DNA of 64,000 nucleotides from Bacteroidales bacterium. Lineage in GTDB: Bacteria; Bacteroidota; Bacteroidia; Bacteroidales; F082. The stretch lies in NCBI GenBank assembly GCA_030690365.1, contig JAUYGX010000142.1:12888-76887 (forward strand). Reading direction: 5' to 3'. Shown here piece after piece: positions 11,187-20,895 of the stretch. The notes beneath the pieces are model-generated. The model was not told where the DNA came from. It saw nothing but the letters and a program-made list of their open reading frames with translations, and made no database searches. Every line of letters begins with the position of its first letter. Within the stretch, counting starts at the first letter, position 1. Made by a program: the position numbers and the translations under genes.

Positions 11187-11248
11187 CCCGATCCAGAATA
11201 CACCCGATCCAGAATGCGTTCGGGATTCTGGGCTTTCGGGATTCGGGT
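11187..11248. repeat. Compound direct/inverted repeat upstream of hutH
   Basis: cccgatccagaat occurs twice (11187..11199, 11203..11215). Inverted partners cgggattctggg (11221..11232) and cgggattcgggt (11237..11248) follow. A 7-bp stem ccagaat/attctgg encloses the loop gcgttcggg. Confidence 0.6.
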
Positions 11249-11302
11249 CAATCTTCAAGCCAAATTTTTTACCTATAAAATAACAGTAAAATCTTAATCA
11301 TA

Positions 11303-12826
11303 ATGAATCCGACAATCCAACTCATCCACCACGGGAAGTTAACCTTTAAAGCCATTTTTGAATTGCTCAAATACGGGCATTCCATTCAGCTTTCGGAGGA
11401 AGCCATCAACAGAATAGAAAAATGCCGCAGCTATCTGGATCAGAAAATGGCCAACCAGGAAGATCCAATTTATGGGATTAACACAGGTTTCGGAGCACTT
11501 TACAATAAACGTATCTCACGCGAAGACCTGGGCAAACTACAGGAAAATTTGATCAAGTCGCATGCCTGTGGACTGGGTGAGGAAGTGCCGCAGAAAGTGG
11601 TGAAATTGATGATTTTGTTAAAAATCCAATCCCTTTCCTATGGCCATTCGGGAGTGCAATTGAGTACCGTCCAGCGGCTGGTCGATTTTTTCAACCACAA
11701 CATCATTCCGGTTGTTTATCAATTGGGCTCGCTTGGTGCTTCCGGCGATTTATCGCCTTTGGCTCACATGTCGCTACCGCTGCTCGGATTGGGAGAGGTT
11801 TACGACAATGGCGTAAGAATGCCTGCATCTCAGGCTTTGTCGCAACGTGGTTGGGAGCCTGTGACACTTCGCTCTAAAGAGGGACTGGCCTTGTTGAATG
11901 GCACCCAATTTATGAGCGCCTACGGTGTTTTTTCGTTGTTAAAACTTTTCAGGCTATCGGAATTGGCCGATATCATCAGTGCCATTTCACTGGATGCTTT
12001 TGATGGTCGTATTGAGCCATTTATGCACGAACTTCATGTGATCAGGCATCACAAAGGCCAGATACAAACTGCAGAACGTATGCGCCTGTTGCTGAAAGGC
12101 AGCGAAATTATCAACCGTCCGAAGGAACACGTTCAGGATCCCTATTCGTTCCGGTGTATTCCACAGGTACATGGCGCTTCCAAGGACAGCATCAACTATG
12201 TTTCGGGTGTTTTTTCATCAGAAATAAACGCCGTTACCGACAACCCAACCATTTTTCCGGACCTGGACATCATTGTTTCGGGGGGAAACTTTCACGGACA
12301 ACCTCTGGCGCTGGCGTTGGACAATATGGCCATAGCAGCAGCCGAATGGGGCAACATCAGTGAGCGACGGACTTATCAATTACTAAGCGGGAAACGGGGA
12401 CTTCCTCATTTTTTGGTAGCTAATCCGGGATTAAATTCCGGCTTTATGATTCCGCAATATACCGCCGCTTCCATTGTAAGTCAGAATAAACAGCTTTGCA
12501 CACCCGCTTCGGTAGATTCCATCGAATCGTCGCAGGGACAGGAAGACCATGTGAGCATGGGAGCCAATGCGGCCACCAAAGGATACAAAGTGGTGGAAAA
12601 CCTGGAGCGCATTCTGGCCATCGAATTGTTTAATGCAGCTCAGGCGTTCGATTTTCGCCGGCCTGAAAAATCATCCCCCTTTCTGGAAGACTTTATGTGC
12701 AAATACCGCAAAAAAGTAGCCTTTATACACGAAGATACCCTGATGCATGATGAGATGGAGAAATCCATTCAGTTCCTGCGTGATGTTGAATATGATTTGC
12801 CGGATGCACTGAACCCGGAGGTTTAG
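11303..12826 (+). CDS. hutH: Histidine ammonia-lyase (MIO-dependent)
   Basis: 507 aa. It has the MIO-forming GASGDLSPLAH and the canonical HAL residues: YGINTGFG, LIKSHACG (Ser-His), LLNGTQ, DPYSFRCIPQVHG, GNFHGQP, QEDHVSMG. Confidence 0.9.
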   Translation: MNPTIQLIHHGKLTFKAIFELLKYGHSIQLSEEAINRIEKCRSYLDQKMANQEDPIYGINTGFGALYNKRISREDLGKLQENLIKSHACGLGEEVPQKVVKLMILLKIQSLSYGHSGVQLSTVQRLVDFFNHNIIPVVYQLGSLGASGDLSPLAHMSLPLLGLGEVYDNGVRMPASQALSQRGWEPVTLRSKEGLALLNGTQFMSAYGVFSLLKLFRLSELADIISAISLDAFDGRIEPFMHELHVIRHHKGQIQTAERMRLLLKGSEIINRPKEHVQDPYSFRCIPQVHGASKDSINYVSGVFSSEINAVTDNPTIFPDLDIIVSGGNFHGQPLALALDNMAIAAAEWGNISERRTYQLLSGKRGLPHFLVANPGLNSGFMIPQYTAASIVSQNKQLCTPASVDSIESSQGQEDHVSMGANAATKGYKVVENLERILAIELFNAAQAFDFRRPEKSSPFLEDFMCKYRKKVAFIHEDTLMHDEMEKSIQFLRDVEYDLPDALNPEV

Positions 12827-13155
12827 TTAAAAATCATTTGATAAGGCCGGTCAATTTCGGCAGCCAGCTGGGGAATAGAGATATACTTGCTTTCGCGGCG
12901 GTACTCACGTCCTCCGAAGAATAATAGCAGGGTAGGATTTGAAAAAACCTGATATCCGGCCGGGATTTCAGGATATTTTTCAGAATTCACAAAAAATAAC
13001 TTCAGTTTTGGAAACTGGTCTTCCACCAGTTCCGCCACCTTTGGACGTAAGCTAATGCAGGGTGCACAATGGTCGTTGTAGAAATAGATGATTACAGCCT
13101 CATTGCTTGCTATTTCATTGATTATCTGGTCGTTTGATGTGATTTCGTTGTACAT
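12823..13155 (-). CDS. Thioredoxin-fold protein (CxxC = HCAPC)
   Basis: 110 aa. Reads VIIYFYNDHCAPCISLRPKVAEL ... NPTLLLFFGG, a thioredoxin-like layout. Its 3' end overlaps the hutH stop by 4 nt (convergent genes). Confidence 0.7.
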   Translation of the reverse strand: MYNEITSNDQIINEIASNEAVIIYFYNDHCAPCISLRPKVAELVEDQFPKLKLFFVNSEKYPEIPAGYQVFSNPTLLLFFGGREYRRESKYISIPQLAAEIDRPYQMIFN

Positions 13156-13430
13156 ATTGAGTGAATCGATTTGAAGGGCAAAAGTAATGCAATAAAGTCT
13201 TTGGTAGAAATTGCGGAAATACTATAAACGGAATGGATGGATGGGATCTTTCACTTCGTTCAAGATGACAAATTTGATTGTTGTGATTAAGTAAACAACC
13301 ACATTTTTCCCTAATTTCGCCTGTTGGATTTAGTGCGTCGAAATCAATTACAGCTTGCTTTTGTCGGCTGTACAATATAAAACCCGGAAGCGGATTATTC
13401 AGCTTTCGGATCACATTAAAAACAGATCAA

Positions 13431-14957
13431 ATGACATTGGTAATAACAGGTTCAGGATTAACCATCGAAAATGTAGTTGAAGTTGCCCGAAATGGTAAAA
13501 AAGTCGCGTTGCACCCGGATGCTTTGAGCCGCATAAAAAAATGCCGGGCCATGCTCGAACGAAAAATTGACGCACATGAAATCATGTATGGAGTAAACAC
13601 CGGAATTGGTGAGTTCTCGGAAGTTGTACTTAACGACGACCAGGTAAAAGACTTTCAAAAATATTTGATTTATAACCATGCCGCCGGAATTGGCGAGGCC
13701 ATGCCCCTCGATTATGTACGAGGTGCCATGCTGGGCCGTATAAACGTGCATGCCCATGGAAACTCCGGGATTCGTCCCGAAATCACCCTGACTTTGATCG
13801 AAATGCTCAACAAAGGAGTCACTCCTTTTGTTTGTCAAAAAGGATCGGTGGGTGCCTCGGGAGATTTGGCTCCCATGTCGCAGATCGCTCTGTTGCTGAT
13901 GGGTGAAGGCAAAGCCTACTCTGAAGGAGAGCTTCTGGACGGCAAAGCCGCAATGGAGAAAGCCGGCATTCCAATCCCGGGTCTTCACGCCCGCGACGGA
14001 CTCGGTACCATCAACGGCTCGAATGTACTCACCTCCATGAGTGCTTTGTTTTTGGTAGATGCCAACAACTGGCTCAAGCAGGCTGAAATTGCCGCAGCCA
14101 TGTCGCTGGAAGCATTGAAAGCCAACATGGGACCTTATAACTCCAGGTTACATGAAGTCCGGGGTTTTAAAGGTGCTGTGAGAAGTGCCAAAGCCATTGC
14201 CCGTTTGGTGGAAGGCGGCGACCTGAAAACCGGGAAAGTGGCCCATAAAGTACAGGATGCTTATTCCATGCGATCGACACCACAGGTAATCGGAACCGCC
14301 CACGATGCCCTGGCTTATGCCCGCTCACAAGTTGAAATTGAGTTGAATGGTGTGGGCGATAATCCCATCTTCTTCCCCGATGAAAACATGCAACTTTCGG
14401 GAGCCAACTTCCAGGGAACACCTGTTTCGCTTCCCATGGACATGGCCGGCATTGCCATTACCATGGTCAGTGTGATGTCGGAACGTAGGATGAACCGGCT
14501 GAATAATCCGGCACTCAGCTGTGGTTTGCCACCCTTTCTGACCAAAGGAGCCGGTATGTTTTCGGGCTTGATGTTGAGCCAATATACCGCCGATATGCAA
14601 ATTGTGGAACAACGCATCCTCTCGGCACCGGCCTGTATTCAAAGCATTCCGGCGGCAGCCGACCAGGAAGATTTTGTTTCCATGGGCATGAACACCGCCA
14701 TCAAGAATTTCCAGATTCTCGATAATGCCTATGGCATCCTGGGCATCGAAATGATGGCCGCAGCTCAGGCCCTTGATTTTCGTGAATATCACTTTGGCAA
14801 AGGAGTTACCAAAGCCCATGAAGTGGTGAGAAGACATGTTGATTTTCTTGAAATCGACCGGCCGTTGTACAACGACCACAACAAAATGAAAGAACTAATT
14901 AAATCCTGCGAAGTGCTGTCCGAAGTGGAATCGGCCATTGGCAGCCTGGAAGCTTAA
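13431..14957 (+). CDS. Divergent HAL/PAL-family MIO ammonia-lyase or aminomutase paralog
   Basis: 508 aa. The MIO triad is present (GSVGASGDLAPMSQ), but substrate-contact motifs differ from HAL: LIYNHAAG, TINGSN, AYSMRSTPQVIG, ANFQGTP, QEDFVSMG. Confidence 0.85.
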   Translation: MTLVITGSGLTIENVVEVARNGKKVALHPDALSRIKKCRAMLERKIDAHEIMYGVNTGIGEFSEVVLNDDQVKDFQKYLIYNHAAGIGEAMPLDYVRGAMLGRINVHAHGNSGIRPEITLTLIEMLNKGVTPFVCQKGSVGASGDLAPMSQIALLLMGEGKAYSEGELLDGKAAMEKAGIPIPGLHARDGLGTINGSNVLTSMSALFLVDANNWLKQAEIAAAMSLEALKANMGPYNSRLHEVRGFKGAVRSAKAIARLVEGGDLKTGKVAHKVQDAYSMRSTPQVIGTAHDALAYARSQVEIELNGVGDNPIFFPDENMQLSGANFQGTPVSLPMDMAGIAITMVSVMSERRMNRLNNPALSCGLPPFLTKGAGMFSGLMLSQYTADMQIVEQRILSAPACIQSIPAAADQEDFVSMGMNTAIKNFQILDNAYGILGIEMMAAAQALDFREYHFGKGVTKAHEVVRRHVDFLEIDRPLYNDHNKMKELIKSCEVLSEVESAIGSLEA

Positions 14958-14966
14958 AATAAAATA

Positions 14967-15401
14967 ATGGATCAAAATATTCCTGTCAGACCTACTCTGT
15001 TAACTGTAATTTGCATACTTACCTTCATCGGGAGTGGCGCCTCTTTTCTTACCAACATAAGCATGTACACCTTTTTTGACACCTTTAAATTGGTTTATCA
15101 GGAAGGGGCTTTTAGTGCATTTATCCTGGCAAAAGAGCAAAAAGAAGTGCTGGAGTTGTTATTCAACGCAAATCCAACCTATTATCTTTTTCAAGGGTTG
15201 TTTTATGGATTAAGTCTGGCAGGAGCCATTTTTATGTGGAATTTCAGAAAACCAGGATTTCATATGTACACCGTTGCCCAAATAGTACTCCTTATATTAC
15301 AGCAGGTATATTTACCCTCCCTTCCGTTTCCCGCATTCGAAATGCTCATCTCGGCCTTGTTTGTTTACTTTTATGCCCGACACCTTAGTTTAATGCACTA
15401 G
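14967..15401 (+). CDS. Small polytopic membrane protein (about 4 TM), paralog A
   Basis: 144 aa. Hydrophobic helices surround LAGAIFMWNFRKPGFHMY. It starts 9 nt after the MIO paralog. Confidence 0.5.
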   Translation: MDQNIPVRPTLLTVICILTFIGSGASFLTNISMYTFFDTFKLVYQEGAFSAFILAKEQKEVLELLFNANPTYYLFQGLFYGLSLAGAIFMWNFRKPGFHMYTVAQIVLLILQQVYLPSLPFPAFEMLISALFVYFYARHLSLMH

Positions 15402-15403
15402 TT

Positions 15404-15829
15404 ATGGATAATTTACAACCTGATACGGAAAATACGATAACAGAAACACATCCTGCGAAGCCATTTCTTTTACGGCTGATAGGCGTTTCTTCGATGGTGA
15501 TGGGTATTGTGGGCATGTTATTTTTCAGCTCGGTGATCTTTTATTTACTTATTGACAAAGAATTTTCGCTGCAATTTGCACGCACCTATTTTACCATTGA
15601 AACATTTTGGTTCTACCTGGCCATTGGTTTTGGATTGCACATCCTATTGATGTTATCGGGTTTTTTACTTTTCCGGTTAAAGAAAACAGGTTTATGGATT
15701 TTTTTAGGTGCCACTGCCGGACTTTTGGTATTTGCTAAAATTGTTGACAACAACCTGTTTTTATCGGAAATTCTGGTTTTTCTTTTACTTCTGATAATCC
15801 TTATTGCCTACCGCAAAAAATTGAATTAA
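15404..15829 (+). CDS. Small polytopic membrane protein (about 4 TM), paralog B
   Basis: 141 aa with the same layout as the preceding gene (LSGFLLFRLKKTGLWIF compared with LAGAIFMWNFRKPGFHMY). It starts 2 nt after that gene. Confidence 0.5.
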   Translation: MDNLQPDTENTITETHPAKPFLLRLIGVSSMVMGIVGMLFFSSVIFYLLIDKEFSLQFARTYFTIETFWFYLAIGFGLHILLMLSGFLLFRLKKTGLWIFLGATAGLLVFAKIVDNNLFLSEILVFLLLLIILIAYRKKLN

Positions 15830-16077
15830 AATCTGATTGTTATTTATTAACATCAAAATTAACATTATCAGAGATTTCAAGTCCTGTTTTCCTTCTTTTT
15901 TTGGTGTTTTTTTGGATATTATAAATCAAAAAAAAAGTTTGGTTTGTTAATACATGTTAATTATTTATTAAGTTTGTTGTCTCTAAGCTTAAGCCAGTAT
16001 TAAGCATATGGGACAAAGACACATAAATTTAAGAGTTTATAGTTTTTAAATCAATTCATTAACCAAAAATTATCATT

Positions 16078-19000
16078 ATGAGAAAAATTACAATTTTGCT
16101 GGCGTTCTTGTTTATGCTAGGCGTTAATTTCGCCAACGCGCAAACAAGGACCATTAGTGGTAAAGTTACCAGTGCTGACGACGGAGGCGGATTACCCGGT
16201 GTTACCGTCTTAGTAAAAGGAACCCAGACTGGTACCGTAACCAATCTTGACGGTGACTACACGCTGAATGTCACACCCGAGGCTACCGTACTCGTATTTC
16301 AGTTTGTAGGTATGAAGTCCGTGGAAGTTATCATAGGCGACCAAGCTAAAATCAACGTCGAAATGGAGCAAGACGTCCATCAGATGGATGAGGTTGTTGT
16401 CACAGCTTTGGGTATCTCTCGAGAAAAAAAATCACTTGGATATTCAGTGCAAGAGGTAAAAGGAGATGACCTTACAAAAGGTGCAAGCACCAATGTAATT
16501 AATTCTCTTTCTGGTAGAGTTTCTGGTATTAGTATCAGTAATTCTTCTGGGAACATGGCCGGTTCATCTCGTGTATTAATCAGAGGAGCCTCTTCTATGT
16601 TGGGAAACAATGAACCTCTATATGTTGTTGATGGTATTCCTTTGGATAACTCCAACTATAATACTGCCAATGAAGCACGTGGGGCAGGGGGTGTTGACTT
16701 CGGGAATATGGCTCAGGACATCAACCCTGATGATATTGCGAATATCTCTGTTCTTAAAGGTGCAAGTGCTGCTGCACTTTACGGTTCACGTGCTGCCAAC
16801 GGTGTAATTATCATCACAACTAAATCTGGCAAATCCTCCGGTACCAAAGGCAACAGGATTGGAGTTACATTCAACACAGGTATCACAGCTGAGCAGGTAT
16901 TAGTTCTTCCAGATTACCAGAACACCTATGGTGGAGGATATTACAACTTTTTTGACACTACAAATGTGGGTGGTGTTGATGTATTAACCCCCTATTATGG
17001 TGCAGACGAAAGCTGGGGACCAAAAATGGAAGGCCAACAAGTTTATGCATGGTGGAATGCTTATGATTATGAACAAGGTATCACAGACACTCCGCAAACC
17101 AGCGCATGGTCACCTCAGCCCGACAACGTAAAAGACTTTTTTCAAACCGGAATCTCATACAGAAATAGTATTGATGTATCAGGTGGTGACGAAATTAGTA
17201 GCTTTAGAGCAGGCTGGACCAATCTTACACGTAGCGGTGTATTTCCAAATAGTAAACTCACCCGCAACACACTTAACTTTAACGGTATGAGTAAATTTGG
17301 CAAAAGAATTACTGCTACTGTTGGTGGTACTTATGTAGTAAACGTTTCGTCAGCACTTCCTGAAAACGGATATGGTGACAATTCCATTATGCAAAAATTC
17401 TCTCAATGGGGCCAACGCTCATGGGATATGGATAAAATGAAGGATTATAAAAATCCTGATGGAACACAAAGAACATGGAACAGAACCAGTGTCTCAGATC
17501 CTACTCCTGCTTTTAGCGACAATCCATATTGGACTCAATACATGAATTACAATACCAATGATAGAAACCGGTTTTATGGTAATGTCAACTTGAAATATGA
17601 AATTACTGATTATTTGAATTTAACCGGCGCCATCTATGCTGACCGTTATGCTGATAGAAGAACCACCCAAACAGCGGTTTATTCAGCAGCAGAATCATTC
17701 TACAACCTTGAACTAAGACAATTTTCGGAATACAACGGTGAGGTACGTTTGAATTTTGATAAAATGGTCACAGAAACCTTTAGTTTGAATGCATTTGCAG
17801 GTATCAACATGATGGATCAAAAATATACCAGAAATATACAGACTACCACAGGCGGATTAAGCATCCCTAATTTCTATTCATTGGCAAACTCCAATGGACC
17901 ACTTGATTATGATGATTACCAACGTCATCGTAAAATCAATAGTGTTTTCGGAAGTGTAACCGCCGAGTGGAATCGCATGGTTTATTTAACCGTTACAGGT
18001 CGTAACGACTGGTCTTCAACACTGCCTGTTAATAATGCATCCTATTTCTACCCTTCTGTATCTGGTAGCTTTGTTTTCAGCGAGTTAGCTCCTTTGAAAG
18101 ACAACAGTATCATCAATTACGGACAATTAAGACTGGGATGGGCTCAGGTAGGTAATGATACCGATCCTTATCGCCTGTATTCAACCTATGTGCCTGAAAC
18201 GCTTTTTGATGGAAATCCAAGGTACACTTTACCATCACAGCTGAACAACAGTGAGCTTAGGCCTGAAAAAACCACTTCTTACGAATTCGGGTTGAATATG
18301 AAGTTCCTTCGTGACCGTCTTGGATTCGATTTGACCTATTATAACGCACGGACCAAAGACCAAATATTCCCTGTTGATATTTCCGCTTCAACCGGTTATA
18401 CCAGTATGGTTCGAAATGCCGGTGAAATTGAAAACAAAGGGATTGAGTTGCTTGTTTATGGTACACCAGTTAAATTGAAGGACTTTAGCTGGGACATTAC
18501 TGTAAACTATACCAAAAACCAAAACAAGGTGTTGTCGCTTGAAGAAGGAGTTACCACCTTGCAACTTGCTAACTTATGGGGTGTTTATGTTACTGCCACA
18601 GTTGATCAACCTTATGGAATGTTGCGTGGATCAAACTTTGTATATGACAATAATGGTAATTTGATGGTGGGTACCAACGGAACCTATATGAAATCACAAG
18701 CAATTGAAGATTTAGGTAGTGTGCTTCCCGATTGGAATGCCGGTATCCAAAACACATTCAGATACAAAGATTTCAGCCTGGGATTCCTCGTCGACATTCA
18801 AGAAGGTGGTACTTTGTTCTCAACAACATACATGTTTGGCGGATGGACAGGTATTTTTGCTGAATCTGCTGGACTTAATGCTAAAGGGTTTGAAAAGAGA
18901 GCCGACGTTGCAGATGGCGGTGGAGTATTAATTGAAAACACCTTTTATGGTACATTTGATGCCGACGGAAACGTTCAATATACCGATGCCAACGGCGATC

Positions 19001-19338
19001 CAAGTGATGTGCCAGTAGCAAATACTACTTATGTTGATTCATACGAATATGCATCAGCAAACTATTTCGGCCCACGTGCTCTAAATACCTTCAGTACGCG
19101 ATACATTAAACTACGCGATGTGAACTTCACCTGGAATCTTCCAAAAAAATGGATGAATGAAACCTTTATCTATGGTGCATCACTTACACTACATGCCGGT
19201 AACCTGGCCATTTGGAATGCAGAACTCAAAAACATCGACCCCGAACAGGCTACCAACTCTGGTAACGTGCAAGGAATCGAAGGTGGAGCCAACCCAAGTA
19301 CCAGAACATTTGGTTTCAATTTGAAAATTGATTTTTAA
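16078..19338 (+). CDS. SusC/RagA-family TonB-linked outer membrane protein
   Basis: 1086 aa. Has a signal peptide, a CarboxypepD_reg-like domain (ISGKVTSADDGGGLPGVTVLVKGTQTGTVTNLDGDYTL), a Plug (EVVVTALGISREKKSLGYS ... ALYGSRAANGVIIITTKSG) and a terminal barrel strand FGFNLKIDF. Confidence 0.95.
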   Translation: MRKITILLAFLFMLGVNFANAQTRTISGKVTSADDGGGLPGVTVLVKGTQTGTVTNLDGDYTLNVTPEATVLVFQFVGMKSVEVIIGDQAKINVEMEQDVHQMDEVVVTALGISREKKSLGYSVQEVKGDDLTKGASTNVINSLSGRVSGISISNSSGNMAGSSRVLIRGASSMLGNNEPLYVVDGIPLDNSNYNTANEARGAGGVDFGNMAQDINPDDIANISVLKGASAAALYGSRAANGVIIITTKSGKSSGTKGNRIGVTFNTGITAEQVLVLPDYQNTYGGGYYNFFDTTNVGGVDVLTPYYGADESWGPKMEGQQVYAWWNAYDYEQGITDTPQTSAWSPQPDNVKDFFQTGISYRNSIDVSGGDEISSFRAGWTNLTRSGVFPNSKLTRNTLNFNGMSKFGKRITATVGGTYVVNVSSALPENGYGDNSIMQKFSQWGQRSWDMDKMKDYKNPDGTQRTWNRTSVSDPTPAFSDNPYWTQYMNYNTNDRNRFYGNVNLKYEITDYLNLTGAIYADRYADRRTTQTAVYSAAESFYNLELRQFSEYNGEVRLNFDKMVTETFSLNAFAGINMMDQKYTRNIQTTTGGLSIPNFYSLANSNGPLDYDDYQRHRKINSVFGSVTAEWNRMVYLTVTGRNDWSSTLPVNNASYFYPSVSGSFVFSELAPLKDNSIINYGQLRLGWAQVGNDTDPYRLYSTYVPETLFDGNPRYTLPSQLNNSELRPEKTTSYEFGLNMKFLRDRLGFDLTYYNARTKDQIFPVDISASTGYTSMVRNAGEIENKGIELLVYGTPVKLKDFSWDITVNYTKNQNKVLSLEEGVTTLQLANLWGVYVTATVDQPYGMLRGSNFVYDNNGNLMVGTNGTYMKSQAIEDLGSVLPDWNAGIQNTFRYKDFSLGFLVDIQEGGTLFSTTYMFGGWTGIFAESAGLNAKGFEKRADVADGGGVLIENTFYGTFDADGNVQYTDANGDPSDVPVANTTYVDSYEYASANYFGPRALNTFSTRYIKLRDVNFTWNLPKKWMNETFIYGASLTLHAGNLAIWNAELKNIDPEQATNSGNVQGIEGGANPSTRTFGFNLKIDF

Positions 19339-19374
19339 TCATTTGAATATTTATTCATCTAAAAAGAATTAAAC

Positions 19375-20838
19375 ATGAAAAAAATATCTTATAAAACAAT
19401 TGTTCTCTTCTCCACCCTTTTATTCCTGATGATAGGATGTACGAAGGATTTTGAAGATATCAATAAAAATCCCAACGAACCAACACTGGTACCAGCAGAG
19501 TACCTGCTGACTAATGCCGAGTTCAGAATTATGGACTACACTTGGGATGAATGGTGGAATGGCCGCCAAGGCTTAGTGTATTCTCAATATTGGTCACAAA
19601 CGGCTTATACTGAAGAAAGTCGCTATCAACCCCGTGTAAACATCACCAACTCATACTGGGGATTCTTTTACACCAACATGATGGATCTACAGAACATTAT
19701 TGAGATCAACACCAATGAAGATACCAAAGGGGCTGCTGCTGCCAGTGGACCCAATGAAAATCAAATTGCCGTTGCCCGCATCATTAAGGCTTTCACCTTT
19801 CATATGATGACAGATATATGGGGCGATATTCCTTATTTCGATGCACTTAAAGGTATCGAAAACACAGCACCCAGCTATACTTCTCAAGAAGATATCTATG
19901 CTGACCTCTTAAAAGAATTAACCGAAGCTCAAGGAATGATTGTTGATGGTGACATCAATGGTGACCTCATTTATGGAGGCGACATGACCAAATGGAAAAA
20001 GTTTGCCAACTCTCTTCGCATGAGAATAGCACTTCGCACCTCAAAGGTTAACCCTAACTTCAAAGCTGAAATTGAAGCGGCCATAGCAGCTGGTGCTTTC
20101 ACGAGCTATGAAGACGATGCTTATTTCCAATTCGATAAAATTTCTCCCGGATACAACCCTTTGTACGAAGCAATCGTTGTTAGTGGTCGTCCACCTGATT
20201 TTGCTGTAAGTCAACCTTTAATAGACATGCTGGTCAGTACAAACGATCCACGTTTGCCCTTATACGCTGATAAAGCCGTAGCCTTTGATACAACAGATAC
20301 TCCTTACCGTGGTTTACCTTACGGTTTGAATGCAACACAAGCTCCTGCTGTTGCAGGACCTGGAAGTCAAAATGTATCTCTCCCTTCAGCTGCAATTGTG
20401 GTTGCTCCTGATGCCAAAGGATGGATGATGACATATGGTGAAGTTTGTTTCATCAAATCAGAGATCAATGGTTGGAATCAAACGGAATACGAAAACGGTA
20501 TCGAAGCTTCCATGCTTACATGGGGTGTTGATGCAGCTGACGTTGCCACTTATATTGCCTCTGCCGCTCCCGCCAGTGCTAAAACTGTTGGTGAACAAAA
20601 ATGGCTGGGTATGTATATGCAAGGCAACCAGGGCTGGTTTGAATGGAGAAGAACCGGATTTCCTTTATTGGATGGTCCTGTTGATGGCCCACTGGGTGAT
20701 GTTGGAACAAGAAAAATTGCTTCCAGACTGTTCTACCCTGAGCAGGAACAAGTAACCAACCTAAAAGCCTATGAGGCTGCTGTTGCTAGCCAAGGTCTTG
20801 ACCAACTCTTTACCAGAGTTTGGTGGGATGCCCCTTGA
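19375..20838 (+). CDS. SusD/RagB-family nutrient-binding lipoprotein
   Basis: 487 aa with a lipobox (LFLMIGCTKD). It lies directly downstream of SusC, with SusD-like features such as EWRRTGFP and a C-terminal WWDAP. Confidence 0.9.
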   Translation: MKKISYKTIVLFSTLLFLMIGCTKDFEDINKNPNEPTLVPAEYLLTNAEFRIMDYTWDEWWNGRQGLVYSQYWSQTAYTEESRYQPRVNITNSYWGFFYTNMMDLQNIIEINTNEDTKGAAAASGPNENQIAVARIIKAFTFHMMTDIWGDIPYFDALKGIENTAPSYTSQEDIYADLLKELTEAQGMIVDGDINGDLIYGGDMTKWKKFANSLRMRIALRTSKVNPNFKAEIEAAIAAGAFTSYEDDAYFQFDKISPGYNPLYEAIVVSGRPPDFAVSQPLIDMLVSTNDPRLPLYADKAVAFDTTDTPYRGLPYGLNATQAPAVAGPGSQNVSLPSAAIVVAPDAKGWMMTYGEVCFIKSEINGWNQTEYENGIEASMLTWGVDAADVATYIASAAPASAKTVGEQKWLGMYMQGNQGWFEWRRTGFPLLDGPVDGPLGDVGTRKIASRLFYPEQEQVTNLKAYEAAVASQGLDQLFTRVWWDAP

Positions 20839-20863
20839 TGATGTAGTAAGCTATTTATAAAAA

Positions 20864-20895
20864 ATGACTGCCCTAAATGGGCAGTCATTTTTTTT
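20864..20895 (+). terminator. Rho-independent terminator after the SusC/D pair
   Basis: atgactgccc-taaat-gggcagtcat forms a 10-bp perfect stem and is followed by a run of 7 T. Confidence 0.85.

Noticed and set aside
13115-13414. 99-aa ORF in the spacer between the thioredoxin-like gene and the MIO paralog
   Set aside because: It overlaps the 5' end of the thioredoxin-like gene in another frame and has no motifs. It reads through what look like repeat-derived strings (HLERSERSHPSIP). The region is treated as a non-coding promoter region.
11303-14957. Calling the region a histidine-utilisation (hut) operon
   Set aside because: Only the lyase step is present. hutU, hutI, hutG/ftcD and a hut regulator are all absent from the window, and the two lyase genes are separated by an opposite-strand gene.
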